Source of the DNA: Octopus vulgaris
Taxonomy: Eukaryota
Assembly: GCA_951406725.2 (NCBI GenBank)
Contig: OX597828.1
Coordinates: 46,748,001 to 46,812,000 of the forward strand
Length of the DNA stretch: 64,000 bases
Direction of reading: 5' to 3'
Shown here one piece after another: positions 55,853-64,000 of the stretch. The translations under genes and the position numbers were made by a program. The notes below the pieces were generated by a model. That model was not told the DNA's origin. It was given only the letters and a program-made list of their open reading frames with translations, and did no database searches. How positions within the stretch are numbered: the first letter of the stretch is position 1; every line of letters starts with the position of its first letter.

Positions 55853-56578
55853 TCATATGTTGTGGTGTGCGCTATTGCTCCATTCTAGTTTTCTATTCAG
55901 GCTAGGTTTATTTTCTATTATATGTGTAGCTTCTGTAATTTGTCTAATTGTTGCATCTGTTCTATGTGTGGACAATATCTTAATCTCTATGTTATTGATT
56001 GATCCCCCGTGTTCTTGTTCGGCGTGTTGGTACAGAATCGATGAGCTTTTACCTTCCTTGAGTTGTCTCCAATGTTCATTCACCCGCTCACCAATGCTTC
56101 TTGCAGTTTCCCCTACGTATGTTACTGTCTTGTTACTGCATCGTCCCTCTATACATCTTATACTATAGACCACATTTCTGGCTTTACAGTTCGTTTGTGG
56201 GCTAAATCTACATACAGTGCAATAGTTATCCGTACAGAGAGTTCTACTAAAAGGATAGCTTCTACCAATTATAGATCTGATAGGGTTGCCTGGCTTTTCA
56301 ACAACCTTAATTCTTAGTTTAAGTTTATCTAGGGTCCTTCTAAAGCGGTACGCTAGTTCACCTCCAGGGGTGGTGTCAACGAACATGACACTCTGGTATT
56401 TATGGCTATCATACCAAGAGTTGGCCTTCCCTATTTTCTTTTTTGTCCTTTCTATAGTGTTCCATGACTTGTTCCTATAGAGTGGGCAAATCCCATTCCT
56501 ATCATTACATAATATATTATCAAATTTCTTCATGGCTCCTTTGTATACTCTGATCCTTTCTTTATGGCTGTAACCTGA
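55853..56578 (-). CDS. PLE RT-thumb/linker and GIY-YIG endonuclease (C-terminal part, uninterrupted)
   Basis: SGYS..SVMFVDTTPGGELA..CTDNYCTVC..NVVYSIRC..YVGETARSIGERVNEH..RQITEA..KPSLN; the first 15 codons of the called ORF come from the inverted segment. Confidence 0.85.
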   Translation of the reverse strand, partial: SGYSHKERIRVYKGAMKKFDNILCNDRNGICPLYRNKSWNTIERTKKKIGKANSWYDSHKYQSVMFVDTTPGGELAYRFRRTLDKLKLRIKVVEKPGNPIRSIIGRSYPFSRTLCTDNYCTVCRFSPQTNCKARNVVYSIRCIEGRCSNKTVTYVGETARSIGERVNEHWRQLKEGKSSSILYQHAEQEHGGSINNIEIKILSTHRTDATIRQITEATHIIENKPSLNRKLEWSNSAHHNI

Positions 56579-56680
56579 GAACAAAATACAAATTACAAGA
56601 ATGTATATAACTAGAAGATACAAATATTACAGGCATCCCCCCCAGAAAGGAGAGACACAAGTAAGTGAGAAGAAAACAAA

Positions 56681-56725
56681 GGACCACTGATGCGGTCACA
56701 GGAGTGTGACGAAAGAACTTTGGCC
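56681..56725 (+). ncRNA. Variant hammerhead-like motif in the pLTR (mirror copy 55332-55376, minus)
   Basis: GGACCA-CTGATGC-G-GTCACA-GGAG-TGTGAC-GAAAG-AA-CTT-TGGCC. Confidence 0.55.
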
Positions 56726-56839
56726 GAAATAAGATTAAGATTAATGTAAAAAATAAATATCACTGAAGCAAAATAACACCAAATATATAGTGCGTGTGTT
56801 TTTATTGGCTAAACTGGCAATATGACCATTCCGAAATAT

Positions 56840-56876
<37 letters not shown>

Positions 56877-57503
56877 CATATGCATTTACGTACAAACACA
56901 CGTGCGCTTACACATACGCACATTTACATTCATAAATGCATATATATTTGTGTTTATAATACATGGGTGTGTACGTTTATCCATATATGTATATATGTAC
57001 GTATGTGCGTAAATGAGAGAGAATATAGATTGGTAGAAGATAGAAAATTCGACGAGAAAACTGATCTATCATTTCTCTTAAACCAAATCATCTTTCCTTT
57101 TATTTGCTTCGGCAGATTCGCATAAACGTTCCTTTATCACCCTTGAATGCCGTAAAGGAGCTAACACATCGATTGCGATTTTAAACTGCAATAATATTAT
57201 AAGCTCAAAAATGGCTAAATGATAAATGAAGGGCAATGGTTTGGGGCTAAGAATTACAAAGAAATTGAGATCCTCGGATTCAAAGAAGAATGGTGTTGAT
57301 TTACCATATTTTTCTACACAGAAGTTGTAATTTCGGTCTCAAATGTACAGCCAATGAAAGTAGGTTGATTTATGCACCAAGATGGCTTACGAGGACCAAA
57401 ATTTTCATGTGAAATGCAACAGGATATGGAAAAACAGTGACGATGTTTGAATATTTACATTGCATGTTTACTCGGTGCACTGTGTATGTCGTAGCAGTCG
57501 TGT

Positions 57504-57890
57504 GGAGACGCAATGGCCCAGTGGTTAGGGCAGTGGATTCGCGGTCATAGGATCGCGGTTTCGATTCTCAGACCGGGCGTTGTGAGTGTTTATTGAGCGA
57601 AAACACCTAAAGCTCCACGAGGCTCCGACAGGGGATGGTGGTGATCCATGCTGTACTCTTTCACCACAACTTTCTCTCACTCTTACTTCCTGTTTCTGTT
57701 GTACCTGTATTTCAAAGGCCGGCCTTGTCACTCTCTGTGTCACGCTGAATATCCCCGAGAACTACGTTAAGGATGCACGTGTCTGTGGAGTGCTCAGCCA
57801 CTTGCACGTTAATTTCACGAGCAGGCTGTTCCGTTGATTCGGATCAACTGGAACACTCGTCGTCGTAACCGACGGAGTGCTTCCATTCCA
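57504..57890 (+). mobile_element. SINE family B, full length, tail 1
   Basis: Near-identical to 19770-20150. Confidence 0.9.
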
Positions 57891-58509
57891 GCCGTCGTAT
57901 GTGCTACGGGTTCATAAGTCTTATGACTTAATTGTGTGAAATTCCTTGAGAATTCGTAACCGGGTGGGTTGCAGACTTCATCACATAATGTTCATCGGTC
58001 GAGCTAATTGTTTTTTTCTTTTATTTGGATGAAATTAAGAATGGTTGTCTAACACTCAGTGTATTTTTTTTCAAAGAGTGTAAAAGAAATATATGAGTCG
58101 AAAAAACGTAATCTCTTAAAACATCACCAGGAAATCCTTCCTACATTGAACCACGTCCTAATCCCTCCATGAATAAATAAATATATAAATAGACAAATAA
58201 ATAAATAACTTAATTATAGTTAATACCTACAACGTCATAACTAATACCAGTTACATCCGTTTTTGATTTCCTTGCTGTATGAATGATGTTTCCTTTCGGA
58301 GAAAGAAAAAGTAAAGAGGAAAATAAAAATTGAAAATACAAGGAGGAAAAGAAACAAAATATTAGATAGAAGTATAGAAAAGAGGAACAAGGTGTGAAAA
58401 GAAAGATGGAGATGGAGAAAGAGAAATAAATAGCAAGCAAGGTACAATGATAGGTAGATAGATAGGTAGGTAGATAGATAGATAGCTAGATAGATAGATA
58501 GATAGATAC

Positions 58510-58878
58510 ACTGATCTTCAAAAATTTGAGATAGAATAACGTGATTTATGTCGCAGCTGGTTGAAGCTTGCCCTATTTTTACAGTGAGCTCATGGCTCAA
58601 ATTCGTATATGTTTTAAATAGATGTTCAGTTAACCGTATCAGCCTTGACTTACGACGCTAAACATCGTCACTTGCTACTAAAACACGGACGTAGCGGGGA
58701 AGCTACAAAAATTTCTAAGAACAGTCATGAGACTATCCTCTACCAATGAAACCCTATTCAAAACATGTACTAATTTGAGCCATAAACACCCTATAAAAAT
58801 AGGGCAAGCTTCAAATAATAATCAAAAGCAAAACAGCTACGAGCCACGTCTTCGAATTTCAAATTTTTGAAAATCAGT
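58510..58878. mobile_element. MITE with long imperfect TIRs
   Basis: CTGATCTTCAAAAATTTGA..TGAAGCTTGCCCTATTTTTA..ATGGCTCAAATT mirrored by AATTTGAGCCAT..TAAAAATAGGGCAAGCTTCA..TCAAATTTTTGAAAATCAG. Confidence 0.7.
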
Positions 58879-58987
58879 TTAAATTGTGAAACCGGTGAAA
58901 TCTTTAAATACAATAAAAATAAATATTTAAAATATTGTTAGTGCATTTTCAAAATTCTATTTCTCCTATATATATATATATACATAT

Positions 58988-59205
58988 CACCGTGACCGAC
59001 CAGGCTATCAGATGTTGCTACACATCGCTGGTCACAATGCGCTTCACATTGTTTTAGCTTTCAAATGACGCCACCCCCTACAGGAGCTTTGTGGAGCTTT
59101 AGGTGTTTCCGCTCAATAAACACTCACAACGCCCGGTCTGGGAATCGAAACCACGATCCTGCGACCGCGAGTCCGCTGCCCTAACAACTGGGCCATTGCG
59201 CCTCC
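58988..59205 (-). mobile_element. SINE family B head with tail 3
   Basis: Head as at 19770; tail GGGGTGGCGTCATTTG..CCTGGTCGGTCACGGTGAT. Confidence 0.8.
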
Positions 59206-59219
59206 ACACACACACACAA

Positions 59220-59260
<41 letters not shown>

Positions 59261-59363
59261 AAATACATACATCATACATACATACATACATACATACATA
59301 CATACATACATACATACATACATACATACATACATGCATACATGCGTACATACATACATATTT

Positions 59364-59524
59364 ACGACGGGCTTCTTTCGGTTTCCTCCTAACTAATCCA
59401 CTCAGAAAGCTTTGGTTGTCGAAGGCTGTAGTAGATCTCTGCCCAAGGTGCCATGCAGTGCGACTGAACCCAGAAACACGTTTGTTGGGTAACTAGCTTC
59501 TTACCACACAGTCACACCTGCGCC
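59364..59524 (-). mobile_element. SINE family A, 5' half
   Basis: ACGACGGGCTTCTTTC..CTTACCACACAGTCACACCTGCGCC. Confidence 0.75.
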
Positions 59525-59925
59525 CACAGATTGATGGATTTCGATTAGGATTTCTAACCATAAGTGTTCAATTAAATTAACTACCAGGCTCATTATGTTT
59601 GCCCGTAACTAGCTGAGTATTCCAAAGACACCGTGTAACCTTGGCGTAATTCTCCATAATTCTCAGACAGAATCAGAGTGACGCATGTCGAAAAGGTTGT
59701 GCTTTTGGATTACGGGTAGAATCCATCCAGCCGACTTCTATAATTTCTGTCAACCTAGTTTCATCGACAGGATAACTGTCGACCCAAAGCTAATAAATTG
59801 GCCATGGATATGATGCAACGCAACGGAATAGAAATCGCAAGCTTATTATTGTGGGGTGAACTTCTCAACCATTCAATTATAGTGCACCTATATATGTATG
59901 CATGTATGCAGGTATGTATGTGTAC

Positions 59926-60038
<113 letters not shown>

Positions 60039-60785
60039 AATACATATATATGTATATATGTATATATACATATACATATACATATACACAGACACACACA
60101 CACATATACAGGTATATAAATGCACACATAAATGCACACATAGAAATATACATATGCCTGTGTTTGTGTGTGTGTGTGTGTAATTTAACGCTCACGAGAT
60201 TTACATTCGAGTTACTGATATATATACGATGGCCTTTCATACAGTTTCCGTATACCAAATTCACTCACATAGCATTGACCAACCTATTATTATAGAAAAA
60301 GAAACATATCTAACGTGCCACACCGTGGGACTGAACTCGAACCTACGCGGTTTGAAAGTGAACTTGCCTGTGCTTATGTATATATATATGTGTGTGTGTG
60401 TGTGTATGTATTTATGTATGTGTATGGATACACACCTATATACACAAAGGCGATGATACATTAAAAACAGTAAAGGAATGGCAAGCTAATAATTTCCTTC
60501 AACGCTAAGACTTTACTGAAAATAATAACCGGATATGAATAATATGCCATGAAACAGTCACCCAATGACACTCAAATGTACTCTCTCATCTTCCGCACGA
60601 TTTACCTGTTTTTCTCAACCTTTGTCCGTCTGCTTGCTTTTATCTATCTATTTACCTATCTAACGAACAAACTAGCCATCGATCTATCAATCTATTTATC
60701 AATCTGTATGTCTGTCAATTTAACGGTCCACCTATCTATATGTTACTTTATCTATTTCTCTGTTTGCCCGTCTGTCTAGCTCTAA

Positions 60786-61014
60786 GGCGGCGAGCTGGCA
60801 GAAACGTTAGCACGCCGGGCAAAAATGCGTAGCCCTATTTCGTCTGCCGTTACGCGCTGAGTTCAAATTCCGTCGTGGTCGACTTTGCCTTTCATCCTTT
60901 CGGGGTCGATAAATTAAGTACCAGTTACGCACTGGGGTCGATGTAATCGACTTAATCCGTATCTGTCCTTGTTTGTCCCCTCTGTGTTTAGCCCCTTGTG
61001 GGCAGTAAAGAAAT
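60786..61014 (+). mobile_element. SINE family C, full length
   Basis: Matches 24641-24877. Confidence 0.9.
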
Positions 61015-61712
61015 ATATATGTTTGCCTATCTGTCTATCTACCCATCAATCTCTCTCTCTATCTATCTATCTATCTATCTCTCTCCCTATCTCTCTCCTT
61101 CCTCTCTCTGTCTCCATATCTATCAATCTGACCGTCACTCTGTTTGTATGTATGTCTATCAAATAATGTAGTCCTTTTTTAACTATCTATTATCTATATC
61201 CTAACCTATTTTAGTGCCTTATTATTTAACACACTCACCGGTAAAATTTCCACTCATTTCTTATTTTTAATCTATTTTAATTATATATCTATTTCTCTAT
61301 GTATCCACTTATCTATCTACCCAAGTGTCTATCCATCTACCTATCTAGCAATACATCGAACTACCAACCTATCTTTCTATCTACACACATACACATACAT
61401 ATATAACTGTCAACATGTCTAATTTTCAATCTAACTATATATCTATATATTTAAACACGCACACACTCACACACCTATTTTTGTGGGGTTGGCGATGCTT
61501 TCAAGTTCCGCATTCGAATTTGTGAGAGAATTCGCAAGTGAATTCCTTTGCCCGTCTCCTTAAACCGATGATGAGCATGCTATTGTTTTGATGACTTTTT
61601 GATTACACCCGCTGGCACTAATGTCTATAGAAATATAACATTATTTGGTTTCTATGTTACAATATAAACTAAATTCGTTAACTGTAACTACATTTTTTTA
61701 TTACTTTTATTT

Positions 61713-61979
61713 TTACTCTTTTACTTGCTTCAATCATGTGACTATGACCGTGCTGGAGCACCGCTTTTAGTCGAGCAAATCGCCCCCCCAGGACTTATTC
61801 TTTCTAAGCCTAGTACTTATTCTATCGGTCTCTTTTGCCGAACCGCTACGTTACGGGGACGTAAACACACCAGCATCGGCTGTCAAGCGATGTTGGGGGG
61901 ACAAACACAGACACACAAACATACACACACACACACACACACACATACACACGTATATATATATATATAGATATATTTA

Positions 61980-62011
<32 letters not shown>

Positions 62012-62186
62012 CATACATATATAAGACGGACTTCTTTCAGTTTCCATCTACCAAATCCACTCACAAGTCTTTGGTCAACGCGTGGCTCTAGTAGAAGACA
62101 CTTGCCCAAGTTACCAAGCAGTGGGACTGAACCCGGAGCCATGTGGTTGGTAAGCAAGCTACTTACCACACAGTCACTCCTACGCC
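61713..62186 (-). mobile_element. SINE family A, full length
   Basis: Colinear with 13946-14370. Confidence 0.88.
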
Positions 62187-62335
62187 TATTGTATATTTCT
62201 GTCGTTTCTTATCTTTGTTAATTGCCTGATTTAGCCCACACTTAATTTTCCGACAAATTCGATTGTAGAATTTCAATGCATCATATGCACAACAAATGTT
62301 GGTTGTGTCCAGGTTGTTATTTAAAATCTTATCTC

Positions 62336-62433
62336 TTTAAAACTTTCCCTGATGATGGATTGTATATTATGATGTAATTTTTTACGACTATATTAAATAA
62401 CATTTTACTGAAACAGCTGTCTTAAATTTTAAA
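62336..62433 (+). ncRNA. Type I hammerhead ribozyme motif, eroded stems
   Basis: TTTAAAA..CTGATGA (62349-62355) ... GAAAC-AGCT-GTC (62410-62421) ..TTTTAAA; palindromic stem III. Confidence 0.65.
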
Positions 62434-63251
62434 CGCCATTTGTGTTTATTTTTGTATACCAGCGGCATACCAAAGATTCACTGAAGTCAGATCTATGGTT
62501 ATACACTGGATTTGGCACTAGTATATCTATGGTATCCAGCCAGCGCTGGAAGTCTACACTATTGATTTATTTCACTGTGAGCTCCATATAATCGAACCTA
62601 GCCATTTTGGGCGTCCTGCATGTTGGCATGCCTTGATTATTAAGAAACCTCATAACAAACTCACACATAGATAAAGGGGAAGTTTACGAAAATAAACAAA
62701 AGAGGAAGACAGGTGGTGTACAAACAAACAAATGTATTAATATAGCGCTCGGGAATAGAAAAAGTATTTTACGTTTCGAGCCTACGCTCATATAGATACG
62801 TATGAAGATGCGAAGTATGCACTTGCGTGCGTGTGTGTTTGTGTCAGTGTGTGATTAATTGTGTGTATGTTTGTACGTAATGATGTGAGTTATACGTGAG
62901 TAATCACTGCAACAACAATGACAAATACAACCACACCACATATAACTAAACTCCCCTTGGTATATATAACGGCCATTTTATGTAGCTGAATCATCGCGGT
63001 TGAAGAGATTTGATATATTACAATATATACTTACATACATGCAAATATATATATACTTCCGTAGGTAACTTAATATAGAATGATTGTCGTCATTTCTTTC
63101 TCTTTGGCCTGCGTTGTTTGCCTTTTAAGTGCTGTGGTTTTACTGGGATCTCCCTTTTAAGTAGAAAGAATAGCCATAACTCTTTGACTGCTATTTCTAA
63201 ATTCGGTGTGTGGTGAGGCAAATTATTGCTAAACCCTTAATTACTTAGTAT

Positions 63252-63320
<69 letters not shown>

Positions 63321-63730
63321 TTACTTATTATACTTATTATATTATATTAAACATATATATATATATATATATATATACTTATACTTATTATATTATATTA
63401 AACATATAAATATATATATACTTATTACTTATTATACTTATAATATTATATTAAACTTTTTAATACTTCTTGATAGTTATTTGAAAAAAAATTAAAAGTT
63501 TGATAATTTAAAAATTTTAAATTTATTAAATATATATATATATATATAAAATAAAAATTCATAAATAGAAATCAAAAATTTTAAATTTAAATAATTAAAA
63601 TTTAAAATTTTATATTTTATATATTTTGATATTATATTAATTATATTTATTTTTATGATTTGGTTTATGTTTTTCACTGTTTGATTTGCCTAATAGTGGT
63701 TTTATCTCTAATTTAATTTATATATATATA

Positions 63731-63787
<57 letters not shown>

Positions 63788-63808
63788 ATACATGCATATA
63801 TATATATA

Positions 63809-64000
63809 TACAGGGGCTGGACAAAATAATGGAAACACCTAGTATTATAGCTTCATAATTCTGAAATATCTATAAAACCGTCAAAAGCTTGTTTATTTTC
63901 ATGTTTTTGTTTATTTGTTATTAGTTTTGCTTAATGTGTTTTGCTAAAATTGCTGTTTCTTTTCAGATGTAATCAGAAAATGAGAGATCTATCGAACTTT
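63809..64000 (+). mobile_element. Tc1-like transposon 5' end (runs off the window)
   Basis: TA-CAGGGGCTGGACAAAATAATGGAAACACC TIR; ATG at 63980 begins MRDLSNF. Confidence 0.7.

Larger units (their letters stand above)
55157..56847 (-). mobile_element. Recent 5'-truncated Penelope-like element with inverted pLTR (Naiad-like)
   Basis: 201-bp inverted repeats 55210-55410 / 56647-56847 (no mismatch seen) plus 55502-55565 / 56580-56643; (TA)n on both flanks; GIY-YIG ORF inside. Confidence 0.9.

Noticed and set aside
55780-55856. SECIS element downstream of the PLE ORF
   Set aside because: ATGA is present, but AA spacing and the GA quartet do not fit by eye.
56579-56623. Hydrophobic signal-peptide-like N-terminus of the 256-aa ORF
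   Set aside because: Encoded by the inverted pLTR segment fused at the truncation point, not a true N-terminus.

Overview
Repeat-dominated, AT-rich eukaryotic DNA, most likely octopus (cephalopod) intronic or intergenic sequence; this is inferred from the tRNA-derived SINE families and the extreme (TA)n/(TACA)n/(GATA)n/(ATT)n load. No intact host gene is recognisable, and nearly all listed ORFs are microsatellite artefacts. Real coding remnants all come from transposons: two Penelope-like (PLE) GIY-YIG endonuclease ORFs, mariner/Tc1 transposases, a Helitron Rep, an L1/Tx1 LINE, RTE and CR1 fragments, and a Gypsy integrase. The most notable pattern is about a dozen hammerhead-ribozyme (HHR) motifs, one apparently intact at 18660-18753 (-). 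Several lie in PLE-type termini embedded in (TA)n, and four loci share a fixed 'inverted terminus + direct terminus + 3' extension' layout. Also notable: a 7-unit tandem array of SINE tRNA heads, SINE head/tail shuffling, a fold-back mariner MITE and templated insertions inside a LINE. Coordinates were read by eye and may be off by a few bases.
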